Assembly: GCA_963713975.1 (NCBI GenBank)
Contig: OY970218.1
Span: 2,816,001 to 2,880,000 of the forward strand
Length of the DNA stretch: 64,000 nucleotides
Source: an uncultured Chloroflexia bacterium
GTDB taxonomy: Bacteria; Chloroflexota; Limnocylindria; Limnocylindrales; CSP1-4
Reading direction: 5' to 3'
The translations under genes were made by a program, and so were the position numbers. A model generated the notes under the pieces. That model saw only the letters and a program-made list of their open reading frames with translations, did no database searches and was not told where the DNA came from. Below are positions 46,497 through 55,582 of this stretch, piece after piece (within the stretch, counting starts at the first letter, position 1; the number at the start of each line of letters is the position of its first letter).

Positions 46497-47473
46497 TGCG
46501 GCGAGTCCTGCTGGTGGCGACGGCTCCGGTCGTCGCCCTGGCGGCGGTGGGGCCCGTGGTGGACGGTCTCGCCCGACGACTCGCCGACGCCCCTCGCCGG
46601 CTGCCGGAGGAGTCCGGCATGGCGCCGGCGCTCGACCGGATGGGCGGTGAGGTGGTCCGGCTCCGGTCGCGTGACGGCCTGCGCCTCTCGGGCCGCTGGC
46701 TGGCAGCGGAGCCCGGCGGTGACGACTGGGCCCCGGACCCGCGCGAGGCCATCGTCCTGCTGCACGGTTACAGCGGGTCGGTCACGCCGGACCTCGTCGA
46801 GTTGGGACCGTTCCTCCGCCGGACCGCCGCCGTGCTGGGACTCGACTTCCGGGGGCACGGCGGGTCCGACGACGCGCCGACCACCTTCGGCCTCAACGAG
46901 ATCGAGGATGTGGCCGGCGCGCTGGCGTGGCTGGGGGAACGGGGAATCCGGCGCGTGGCGCTCGTCGGCTCGTCGATGGGCGGAATCACGGCGATCGCCG
47001 CCGTCGCGGTGCTGGGCGACGGTCGGCTTCCGTCGGCCGACATGGACCCCGATTCCCCGGCGTCCGCCGTCGATGCGCCGCGTCCGCGGATCGTGGCGGT
47101 CGTGGCGGACTCGGTGACACCCGAGCTGGACCTGGTCGTCGCGAACCGGCTGCGGGTTCCGTTCGGGCGTCGGATCGCCGGGCAGGCCTTCGCCCGGATG
47201 GCTCGCAACGTGGGCGGCGATCCGCGTGCGACCCAGCCGATCGCCGTGATCGGCCTGCTCGAGGACGTGCCGCTGCTGCTGATCCACGGCGGCCGCGACC
47301 GGACCGTGCGCATGGCGGACGGTCGCCGACTGGCGGCCGCTGCCCCGCCCGGGACCCGCCACCTGGTGATCGAGGCGGCCGACCACGGTCAGGGCCACGC
47401 GGTGGATCCGGCGGCCTACGAGGGGGCGGTGGCCGGCATCCTCCGCGAGGGCTTCCGAGCCGGTCGGGCCTAG
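46496..47473 (+). CDS. Alpha/beta hydrolase
   Basis: LLHG, DFRGHGGS, GSSMGG, IHGGRD and ADH motifs. Confidence 0.88.
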   Translation: MRRVLLVATAPVVALAAVGPVVDGLARRLADAPRRLPEESGMAPALDRMGGEVVRLRSRDGLRLSGRWLAAEPGGDDWAPDPREAIVLLHGYSGSVTPDLVELGPFLRRTAAVLGLDFRGHGGSDDAPTTFGLNEIEDVAGALAWLGERGIRRVALVGSSMGGITAIAAVAVLGDGRLPSADMDPDSPASAVDAPRPRIVAVVADSVTPELDLVVANRLRVPFGRRIAGQAFARMARNVGGDPRATQPIAVIGLLEDVPLLLIHGGRDRTVRMADGRRLAAAAPPGTRHLVIEAADHGQGHAVDPAAYEGAVAGILREGFRAGRA

Positions 47474-47494
47474 CGTGGGCGCTTCATTGGTTCG

Positions 47495-47693
47495 TTCGAC
47501 GACGCGGCGATCATCGCCGCGACCCTGGACCCGCCGCCTGGGCGCCTGGGCTTCACCCGCTGGTCGACGCGGCTGCTGGCCCGGCACCTTCATGTCGGGG
47601 ACGCCACGGTGGCCCGGGCGTGGCGCCGGTACCACGTCCAGCCGTGGCGGCGGGAGACGTTCTGAGTTCACGACCGAACCGGTCCTCGAGGCG
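47495..47693 (+). pseudogene. IS630 transposase fragment (winged-HTH region), frameshifted
   Basis: Translates FDDAAIIAATLDPPPGRLGFTRWSTRLLARHLHVGDATVARAWRRYHVQPWRRETF*, then +1 EFTTEPVLEA. Matches the IS630 pattern HWSxRxLA...TVARAW...QPWR.ETFKFSTDP. Confidence 0.8.
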
Positions 47694-47905
47694 GTGTTGT
47701 CGCGGTAGTGCTTCGCCGGATCCCGACCCGATTCGCCCACGAGGGACCGCGCCGCCGGCTGGTCCCCATACCGTGGAGGCGGCCGGCATACACGATCCAG
47801 CGCAATGTCGCGACAGGATACGCTCCAATTCAGACGCATCCAGGGCCCCGTTCCCGCGAACTGCCCCACAATCCATGGCTGCCGTCGAGCCGGTATCGTT
47901 GGCGG

Positions 47906-49288
47906 ATGCCCACCACTCCGAACATCGTCATCCCTCCAGACAGCCCGGCGGCCTACTCGATCCAGCAGGGTCGCGCCCGCCGCGCGGCCGTGCCGCGACG
48001 CAGCCATGCGGCCTGGATGCCAACTGCCGATCGAGCGGACCCCGTATCGATGATGATCGCCACGAACGACGGGCGACTCCCGGAGCTCGTGCCGATCCGG
48101 ATCGGCCGCATGGTTGGGTCACCCTTCGCATTCCTGCGTGGGTCGGCCGGGGCGATGGCGGCCGATCTGGCGACGACCCCGCACATGGGTTCACACGTCC
48201 AGCTCTGCGGTGATGCCCATCTTGCCAACTTCGGGGTGTTCGCCAGCCCGGAGCGACGCCTGATGTTCGACCTGAACGACTTCGACGAGACCTACCGGGG
48301 GCCGTGGGAATGGGACGTCAAGCGTCTTGCGGCAAGCTTCGTCGTCGCCTCGCGACAGAACGGATACAGCGAGGCGACGGCGCGCGACATGGCCCGCGTC
48401 GTCGCCTGGGAGTATCGCCACTGGATCCGGCGCTACGCCGGGATGCGTGCACTCCAGGTCTGGTACGCGTCCATTCCGATCGAGGTGATCATCGAGCGCG
48501 TGGAGCGCGCGCGCACGCGGGGTGGCCTGCACCTCTCCGCATCGGAAGCGCGCAGCCGGGATCACATGCGTGCGCTGGGCAAATTGTCCGTCAAGGTGCC
48601 CGGCGGCGGCTGGCTCATCCGGGATCGGCCCCCGCTACTGGTCCGCCTTTCCGACGACGATCCAGGTCGGGACGAGGTTCCAGCCCTGTATCGCGCGTAT
48701 GTCCGTTCGCTGGCGCCGGATCGCCGCGTCCTGGTCGAGAAGCATCGGTTACTGGACGTGGCCTTGAAGGTGGTCGGGGTCGGGAGCGTCGGTACCCGCT
48801 GCTACGTTGCCATGTTCGCGGGGCCAGCCGGAGGTCCGCTGATCCTGCAGGTCAAGGAGGCCGGTCGGTCCGTGCTCTCGCCATACGTTCGGGGTCGCCA
48901 CTACACCCATCAGGGCGAACGGGTGGTCAGGGGCCAGCGGATCATGCAGGCGGTCTCCGACAGCTTCCTCGGCTGGACCAGGTCGACGGCCACGGGAACC
49001 GAGTACTACCTCCGACAGCTCCACGATATGAAGTACAGCATCGATATCGAAGGGCTTCGACCGCCCGGCATGCATCTCTACGCTGAGGTCTGTGCATGGG
49101 CCCTCGCCCGAGCGCATGCTCGATCCGGCAATCCGGCGGAGATCGCCGGATACCTCGGGCCAGGTGACCAGTTCGATCAGGCGATCGCCGCATTCTCCGT
49201 CAGTTATGCGGACCAGACCGAGCGCGACCACGCGGCCGTCGTCGCTGCTGTCAAGGCGGGTCGGCTGCCAGCGGAGACCGGCATCTAG
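47906..49288 (+). CDS. DUF2252 family protein (protein-kinase-like fold)
   Basis: SPFAFLRG, CGDAHLANFG, FDLNDFDE, PWEWDVKRL, KVVGVGSVG, LQVKEA and LARAHARSG motifs. Confidence 0.92.
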   Translation: MPTTPNIVIPPDSPAAYSIQQGRARRAAVPRRSHAAWMPTADRADPVSMMIATNDGRLPELVPIRIGRMVGSPFAFLRGSAGAMAADLATTPHMGSHVQLCGDAHLANFGVFASPERRLMFDLNDFDETYRGPWEWDVKRLAASFVVASRQNGYSEATARDMARVVAWEYRHWIRRYAGMRALQVWYASIPIEVIIERVERARTRGGLHLSASEARSRDHMRALGKLSVKVPGGGWLIRDRPPLLVRLSDDDPGRDEVPALYRAYVRSLAPDRRVLVEKHRLLDVALKVVGVGSVGTRCYVAMFAGPAGGPLILQVKEAGRSVLSPYVRGRHYTHQGERVVRGQRIMQAVSDSFLGWTRSTATGTEYYLRQLHDMKYSIDIEGLRPPGMHLYAEVCAWALARAHARSGNPAEIAGYLGPGDQFDQAIAAFSVSYADQTERDHAAVVAAVKAGRLPAETGI

Positions 49289-49411
49289 TATGAGCGCGTC
49301 AGTAGTGCATTGATATAGGTGCGACGATGGGCGCCTGCTGTCAGCCGCACTCATTCTCGGCGATAAGGACCGCTCAACCCTGACCACCGGGACCGGGATG
49401 AGCACCGTCGA

Positions 49412-49489
49412 CACCACTTCGTCTGGACCAGGATGGCCGACGAGATCCTGTCCCACACGCGCGAACGAGATTCAGGCGCGCGACACTAG
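49412..49489 (+). pseudogene. IS630 transposase C-terminal fragment with right end
   Basis: HHFVWTRMADEILSHTRERDSGARH* ending in CACTAG, like the typical IS630 PFVWTKTADEIL...H* terminus. Confidence 0.78.
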
Positions 49490-49599
49490 GCGGCCCATGG
49501 GGTTGGGCGCTCGCCCAGTCGACCCTATACTGGGCGCCACCTACCATGGGGACCGGGCCCTTGCCCGGGATGGACGGGAGTTCCGTGACAGGAGGCCGG

Positions 49600-50772
49600 A
49601 TGGCTGGCAAGGTCCTGGTCGTCGACGACGACGCGAGCGTTCAGCGACTGCTCCAGCTCACGCTCCAGCAGGAGGGATACGAGGTCGTCCTCGCGTCCGA
49701 CGGCGAGGACGGACTCCGCCGCTGGCAGCAGGAGTCGCCGTCGCTGATCCTGCTCGACGTTACCGTCCAGCAGTTGGACGGCTACGAGGTGGCGACCCGC
49801 ATCCGGGCCGAGGAGGGCGGCAGCGGCCACGTCCCCATCATCATGCTCACCACGGACAAGGACGTGCAGGGCAAGGTCCGGGCGCTCCGGGCTGGTGCGG
49901 ACGACTACCTGGTCAAGCCGTTCCACCCGGCCGAACTGCTCGCCCGGATGAAGAGCCTGATCGCCCGCTTCGCCCCCAGCGAGTCCCTGGTGGGGCGGCC
50001 GCCGCTGGGTCGCATCCATGCCTACTACGGAGCCAAGGGCGGGGTCGGGACGACGACCATCGCCATCAACGCCGCGATCGCGCTCCACTCGCTCGGCCGG
50101 CGAGTGTGCCTCGTGGACGGCAACCTGCAGTTCGGCGATCACCGGGTGTTCCTGGACCTCGGGCTCGATCGCAAGAGCATCGTGGACCTGGTCAGCGCCC
50201 CGGCGATGGACGCGGACCTGGTGCGGAGCATCGTGATCACGCACGACTCTGGGGTCGACCTGCTGCTTGCACCGCCGTCCCCGGAGGCCGCCGACCTCGT
50301 GACCGCGAGCCACCTCCACCAGATCCTGGAGATCCTGTCGGGACAATACGACTACGTGGTCGTCGACATCGACAAGCGACTCGAGGACCGGAACCTGATG
50401 GTCCTCGATGTCGCGAGCACCATCTTCGCGGTCATGACGGCGGACCTGTCGTGCCTCAAGAACGTCCGCCTGCTGCTCGAGACGATCGGCCACCTTGGAT
50501 ACGAGTCCAACAAGCTCAAGCTCGTGCTCAACCGATCCAACGCCTTCACCGGGATCAGCATCAAGAGCGCCGAGGGCGCCCTGCGCCGCCCGATCGAGTT
50601 CCAGGTCGTGAACGAGTATCGGGGCGCAATCTCGGCGCTCAACACCGGCGCGCCGTTCATGATCTCGAAGGGCGACTCCGTGCTGGGCCGCTCGGTGGCC
50701 GATTTCGCGCGGCTGGTCGACAAGGGCAACCCCCAGGGAGTCGGGCTCCTCGCACCCACCACCGGCAGGTGA
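49600..50772 (+). CDS. Receiver domain + CpaE/TadZ-type ATPase fusion (copy 2)
   Basis: VVDDD, LLD, MLT and GADDYLVKPF receiver; GAKGGVGTTT, LQFGD and VLNR; TATACT -10 and GGAGG RBS upstream. Confidence 0.88.
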   Translation: MAGKVLVVDDDASVQRLLQLTLQQEGYEVVLASDGEDGLRRWQQESPSLILLDVTVQQLDGYEVATRIRAEEGGSGHVPIIMLTTDKDVQGKVRALRAGADDYLVKPFHPAELLARMKSLIARFAPSESLVGRPPLGRIHAYYGAKGGVGTTTIAINAAIALHSLGRRVCLVDGNLQFGDHRVFLDLGLDRKSIVDLVSAPAMDADLVRSIVITHDSGVDLLLAPPSPEAADLVTASHLHQILEILSGQYDYVVVDIDKRLEDRNLMVLDVASTIFAVMTADLSCLKNVRLLLETIGHLGYESNKLKLVLNRSNAFTGISIKSAEGALRRPIEFQVVNEYRGAISALNTGAPFMISKGDSVLGRSVADFARLVDKGNPQGVGLLAPTTGR

Positions 50773-50851
50773 CGGCGGGCGCCTGATTCTGGCCCTGTAC
50801 GAGGTTCCGGGCGTAAGCGCGGGTTGAGTGGCGCGGCCTACTGTGCCGCTC

Positions 50852-52429
50852 GTGCTTGCAACCCTCCTCTCGGCGACGCTCCACGGCATCTCGGGCCGGC
50901 TCGTCCGGGTCGAGGTGGATGTCGCTCCGGGGCTGCCAGGCTTCACGATCGTCGGCCTCCCGGATGCGGCGCTGTCGGAGGCCCGGGAGCGCGTCCGGGG
51001 GGCGCTTCGCAACACCGGGTACCACCACCCGCCTCGCCGGATCACGGTGAATCTCGCCCCGGCAGAGGTGCGCAAGGCCGGTGCCTCGCTGGACCTTGCG
51101 ATCGCCGTGGGGATCCTGTTGGGCTCGGAGCAGCTGCGTGCTGCGGCGGCCAACGTGGCGCTGATCGGCGAGTTGGGGCTCGGTGGCGATGTGCGCTGGG
51201 TGCCCGGCATCCTCCCGATGGGCCTGGCGCTTGCGGCGGCCGGCGTGGAGCGGGTCCTCGTCGCGACCGACGCGGCCCCCGAGGCGTCCCTCGTCCCGGG
51301 TCTCGATGTGATCCCGGTCGAGACCGTCGCCGACGCTGCCGACGCGGTCCGATCGTCGCGATCCCGCCGCGCCGTCCCGGTGCCGCTGGCACGTGCGGAC
51401 GGCCTCGCACAGTCGGCCGGCAAGCCGGCGTACAACGATGATGCCGGGTCGACGACCGGCGACCCGGGGCTGGACCTCGCGGACATCCGGGGGCAGGCCG
51501 TCGCGAGACGTGCCCTGGAGATCGCCCTGGCCGGCGGTCACGCGATGCTGTTGATCGGGCCCCCGGGGGCCGGCAAGACGATGATCGCGAGGGCGATCCC
51601 GGGTCTCCTGCCGGATCTCGACGATGCCGCCGCTCTGGCCGCGACGGCCGTGGCCTCCGCGGTCGCCAGCGGCCCCGTGCGCATGCTGCGGCGGCGGCCT
51701 CCCGTCAGAGCTCCTCATCACACCGTGTCCTATGCGGGAATGGTGGGTGGCGGACCGCGGATGTCGCCGGGCGAGGTCACGCTCGCGGATGGGGGAGTGC
51801 TCATCTGCGATGAGCTGCCGGAGTTCGGACGCGACGTCCTCGAGGCCCTGCGGCAGCCATTGGAGGACGGGAGCGTGGCGGTCGTCCGGGTCGGCAGGGC
51901 CGTGACATTCCCGGCGCGCTTCACGCTGGTGGCCGCCATGAACCCGTGTCCGTGCGGCATGAGCGGTGTCGAGGACCGCTCGTGCTCCTGTCCACCGGGT
52001 GTCCCCGAGCGGTATCGCCGCCGCGTCTCTGGACCGCTGCGGGACCGGATCGACCTCTGGGTGCGGGTCGGGCGAGTTCCCCCATCGGTCCTGGTCGGTG
52101 GTCCGCAACCCGAGGCATCGCTCGAGGTCGCCCGGCGCATCGCGGCGGCGCGCGAGCGCCAGCGGGCGCGGACCGGTGACGTTCCGAACGGCCGCGTGCG
52201 AGGCCGCAAGCTGCGCACGATCTGCCGGCTGGGCGGACTGGAGGCCGCGCGGGCGGTCGTGCTCGCCGACCGCGAGCGGCTCTCGGGACGCGGAACGGAG
52301 CGGCTGCTGCGGGTCGCGCGAACCATCGCGGACCTCGAGGGGGACGCGGTCGTGAGCACCGAGCACCTCGACGAGGCCGCACAGTTCAGGGCGTGGTCCG
52401 AGACAGCGTCGCCGGCGGAGGCCACCTGA
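50852..52429 (+). CDS. comM: YifB/ComM family Mg-chelatase-like AAA+ ATPase
   Basis: VGLPDAALSEARERVR, NLAPA, GPPGAGKT, RAPHH, DELPEF, MNPCPCG and SGPLRDRID motifs. Confidence 0.92.
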   Translation: MLATLLSATLHGISGRLVRVEVDVAPGLPGFTIVGLPDAALSEARERVRGALRNTGYHHPPRRITVNLAPAEVRKAGASLDLAIAVGILLGSEQLRAAAANVALIGELGLGGDVRWVPGILPMGLALAAAGVERVLVATDAAPEASLVPGLDVIPVETVADAADAVRSSRSRRAVPVPLARADGLAQSAGKPAYNDDAGSTTGDPGLDLADIRGQAVARRALEIALAGGHAMLLIGPPGAGKTMIARAIPGLLPDLDDAAALAATAVASAVASGPVRMLRRRPPVRAPHHTVSYAGMVGGGPRMSPGEVTLADGGVLICDELPEFGRDVLEALRQPLEDGSVAVVRVGRAVTFPARFTLVAAMNPCPCGMSGVEDRSCSCPPGVPERYRRRVSGPLRDRIDLWVRVGRVPPSVLVGGPQPEASLEVARRIAAARERQRARTGDVPNGRVRGRKLRTICRLGGLEAARAVVLADRERLSGRGTERLLRVARTIADLEGDAVVSTEHLDEAAQFRAWSETASPAEAT

Positions 52430-53724
52430 TGCTGGGGATCGGTCGACGCGGGCCCCTCGGCCGGGCGGACGCCGAGACGGTTGGGGGTCCGGCGCCCGCG
52501 GTGGACGCCGATACCGAGCGGGAGTCCTGGGTCGTGCTCGCAGGTACGGAGGGTGTCGGGCCAGTCTCGTTCGAGCGGCTGGTAGGGCGCTTCGGGAGTG
52601 CGGCCGCCGTGCTCGTCGCGGCACGCAGGAGCGGGGCGACGCGGCTGCTCGTGGAGGCGACGACCGGCCCTGATGGCGGTCCGGCGACGCTCACTACGCA
52701 GGCAGCCGCGGCCCTCGTTGGGGCGGCTGCGAGCCCTGGAAGCAGCCTCGATCCGGTGCGCCGGGCCGGACTGACCGTCCTGACCCTCGTCGACGAGGCG
52801 TACCCGAGGAGGCTGCGGACGATCGACCTGCCGCCCCCGGTCCTGTTCCTGCTTGGCGACCCGGGCGCCCTCGACCGGGCACGCTCGGTCGCGATCGTCG
52901 GGACGCGCCGCCCTACGGAGGTCGGGCGCGCGACGGCCGGTCGGATCGCGGACGCCGTCGCGATCGTCGGCGCCACGGTCGTGTCAGGCCTCGCTCTAGG
53001 GATCGACGGTGCAGCCCATGCCGCCGCGGTCCGGTCCGGCACGCCGACGGTCGCCGTGATCGGTGGGGGCCACGAGCGCCTGTATCCGGCCGCGCACCGC
53101 GTGCTGGCGCGGTCGATCGTGGCCGGGGGCGGAGCCGTGCTCAGCGAGTTCCCTCCGGGGACCCAGCCGTCCCGCGGAACGTTCCCCCGCCGGAACCGGA
53201 TCATCAGCGGGCTGGCCGATGCGACGATCGTCGTCGAGGCAGGGGCGAGGAGCGGTGCGCTGACCACGGCCGCGTGGGCGCTCGAGCAGGGGAGGGGCCT
53301 GTACCTCGTTCCCGGCCGCCTGGAGGACCCGGCTGTCGCGGGGTGTCTCGCCTTCCTCCGCGAAGCGGGACCGGAGGCGCGGATCGTGGCCGGGATCCCG
53401 GAGCTGCTCGAGGACCTGGGCCTGCTCGATCCGGGCGGTGTTCCCGTGGGTCGCCGGGATCCCGTGCTTGCCGCGCTCAGCAGCGTGGAGCGGGACCTCG
53501 CGCGCCACCTCCTGGCGGGCCGGTGCACCGTGGACGAGCTCGTCTGCGCAACGGGTGCCCGGAGCGCCACGGTGCTCGGTGGGCTCACGTCCCTCGAGGT
53601 CCGCGGCCTGGTCCTGGAGGCCTACGGGCGCTACCGGCCGACCGGCGCGCTCGCCGGCCGAACCGGGCGTCCGCGGAACGGGCTCCCGGCCGTCCGTGGT
53701 CCCGTCAGGCGGAGCGCCGCCTGA
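52429..53724 (+). CDS. dprA: DNA-processing protein DprA
   Basis: AIVGTR, VSGLALGIDGAAH, FPRRNRIISG and SGALTTA motifs; C-terminal wHTH. Confidence 0.94.
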   Translation: MLGIGRRGPLGRADAETVGGPAPAVDADTERESWVVLAGTEGVGPVSFERLVGRFGSAAAVLVAARRSGATRLLVEATTGPDGGPATLTTQAAAALVGAAASPGSSLDPVRRAGLTVLTLVDEAYPRRLRTIDLPPPVLFLLGDPGALDRARSVAIVGTRRPTEVGRATAGRIADAVAIVGATVVSGLALGIDGAAHAAAVRSGTPTVAVIGGGHERLYPAAHRVLARSIVAGGGAVLSEFPPGTQPSRGTFPRRNRIISGLADATIVVEAGARSGALTTAAWALEQGRGLYLVPGRLEDPAVAGCLAFLREAGPEARIVAGIPELLEDLGLLDPGGVPVGRRDPVLAALSSVERDLARHLLAGRCTVDELVCATGARSATVLGGLTSLEVRGLVLEAYGRYRPTGALAGRTGRPRNGLPAVRGPVRRSAA

Positions 53725-53871
53725 TCCGGAGGGTGGCGACGGTTGCCGGGCGTTCGGGTCGAGTGCTACGCTCGACGATGGCCCCGGCTGGCGGCATGGC
53801 CGGCAACGTCCCCGGGTGCCGGGACCTGTCTCGCGACGTAGTTCCCGGCGGGCCGATTGGAGGACAACGTA

Positions 53872-55512
53872 TTGCGGAAGCTCGGGGCCACCCTGGCAGC
53901 GCTACCTGTCCTCGCGCTCGTATACCTCGCGCTGCTCGGTCGTCGCGGACTTGCCCGGCTCGGTGCCGGGGTCGCGGCCGCGGCCGTGATCGCCGTCGTC
54001 GCCCTGGCCAGCCTGCCCCCCGCCCCCAGCGCCGCCATCCCCGCTGCAGCGACACCCCAGCCGGTCGGGGCGCGGGTTCTCGGCGCCGTCGCGACCGGCC
54101 ACGGGCTGAGGCAGCCGATCTCCATCGCCTTCGATTCGCCGATGGACCCAGCCTCCGTCGCGGCGGCACTGCGCCTCCAGCCCGAGACCGCCGTCACGTT
54201 CGGCTGGGATTCCGCGGGGCGTGTGCTGACGATCACGCCGCTCCGGAGCTGGGAGCCGCACACGCTGTACGCAGTCACCGTGGCCCAGTCCGCCCGCGCG
54301 ACAGCCGGCGGCAGCCTCTCACAGGCCCTGCGATCGGTGACCCTCACGGACTCGGCGGGCAGGGGCGTGCTGACGGCGACCCATGCGGACGGCAACCGGG
54401 TCCGCAGCGACTCCGCCTTCAAGATCACCCTGGACCGGCCCGCATCGGTCGCTGCCCTCCAGACGGCCCTCCGCTCGGAGCCGGCCATCCCCGGCGAGGT
54501 CAGCGCCGGTGAGGCCAGTGGCGAGTTCCTGTTCACCCCCGCCGCCCCGCTTGCCGCGGACACGGAATACGAGGTCTCCCTTGCCGGCCTGGTCGGGAGC
54601 GATGGGCTGGCCTTCGAGGACCTGCCCGCCCTCGTGATCCGCACGGCCGCGGCGCCCGAGGTCGTGCGCTTCCGGCCCCGCTCCGGCGAGGGAGACGTCG
54701 AGCGATCCGCGACGATCTCCGTCCGCTTCACGGAGCCGATGAAGCGCGCCCAGACCGCGGAGGCATTCCGGGTGTCCGTGGGTGGGACAGCCATCAAGGG
54801 ATCCACGTCGTGGGCAGAGCAGGGTACGGTCCTGGTCTTCGTGCCCACCGCCCCCCTCCCGTACGGCGCCACGATCCGCATGCGCGTCGAGGCGTCGGCC
54901 GCATCGCGAGCCGGGGTACCGGTTTCCTCCGCGGCCGCGGGCACCTTCAAGGTCGTTCCGAAACCGGCCCCCAAGCCCAAGGCAGCCCCCGCGTCCAGCA
55001 CGAAGCCGAAATCCAAGCCCAAGCCCATCGGCAACTCCGGGGGCGGGGGCGCCGTGTCGGGCAGCTGGTCCGGCGTCGAGGCCTACTACCTGAAGCTGAT
55101 GAACTGCACGCGGACCGGCGGCTGGGTGACGTCATCGGGCAGCTGCTCCTCGCCAGGCGGACGAGACGTCCCACCCCTCGCCCTCAGCTCCGGCATCAGC
55201 GCCGAGGTCTCGCGGCCCTATGCGAAGCTCCTCGCGACCCGCAACATCTGCTCGCACTTCGTGGGCGGCAACCCCGGCGACCGCCTCCGCAGCGCCGGGT
55301 ACAGGAGCTACCGCTGGGGCGAGAACCTGGGCTGCCGCTCGGGCAACGCGTACTCGGCGGTCCTGGGTTCGCACCGCTACTTCCAGAGCGAGAAGCCGTA
55401 CAACGGCGGCCACTATCGCAACCTCATGGATGCCCGGTTCCGCCAGGTCGGGATCGGCGTATGGGTTGCGAGTGGGCGGGTTCGGCTGGTGGTGGACTTC
55501 TACACTCCGTGA
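53872..55512 (+). CDS. Surface protein with about 3 Ig-like (Big_5) domains and a C-terminal CAP/SCP domain
   Basis: N-terminal TM; repeats F..PM...SV and P..PL...T.Y.V; PK-rich linker; CAP motifs SH, GENL, GHYRNL and VGIG; TTG after GGAGGA. Confidence 0.8.
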   Translation: MRKLGATLAALPVLALVYLALLGRRGLARLGAGVAAAAVIAVVALASLPPAPSAAIPAAATPQPVGARVLGAVATGHGLRQPISIAFDSPMDPASVAAALRLQPETAVTFGWDSAGRVLTITPLRSWEPHTLYAVTVAQSARATAGGSLSQALRSVTLTDSAGRGVLTATHADGNRVRSDSAFKITLDRPASVAALQTALRSEPAIPGEVSAGEASGEFLFTPAAPLAADTEYEVSLAGLVGSDGLAFEDLPALVIRTAAAPEVVRFRPRSGEGDVERSATISVRFTEPMKRAQTAEAFRVSVGGTAIKGSTSWAEQGTVLVFVPTAPLPYGATIRMRVEASAASRAGVPVSSAAAGTFKVVPKPAPKPKAAPASSTKPKSKPKPIGNSGGGGAVSGSWSGVEAYYLKLMNCTRTGGWVTSSGSCSSPGGRDVPPLALSSGISAEVSRPYAKLLATRNICSHFVGGNPGDRLRSAGYRSYRWGENLGCRSGNAYSAVLGSHRYFQSEKPYNGGHYRNLMDARFRQVGIGVWVASGRVRLVVDFYTP

Positions 55513-55582
55513 CCCCGGCGCCGCCCCGGACCGGGACCATCGGGCGGGTGACGCGGGCTCGCGGGCGGGCGAGCATGCGGTC

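Larger units (their letters stand above)
47470..49489 (+). mobile_element. Decayed IS630-family element(s) bracketing a DUF2252 gene
   Basis: CTAG at both ends; imperfect terminal inverted repeats; IS630 transposase fragments at both sides in the same orientation. Confidence 0.65.

Noticed and set aside
47475-47708. 77-aa ORF in the track as a real gene
   Set aside because: Mostly an alternative frame over the IS630 remnant; only its last residues carry the frameshifted transposase sequence
53765-53871. c-di-AMP or c-di-GMP riboswitch upstream of the Ig/CAP gene
   Set aside because: The leader is GC-structured, but I could not find the conserved ydaO or GEMM sequence elements
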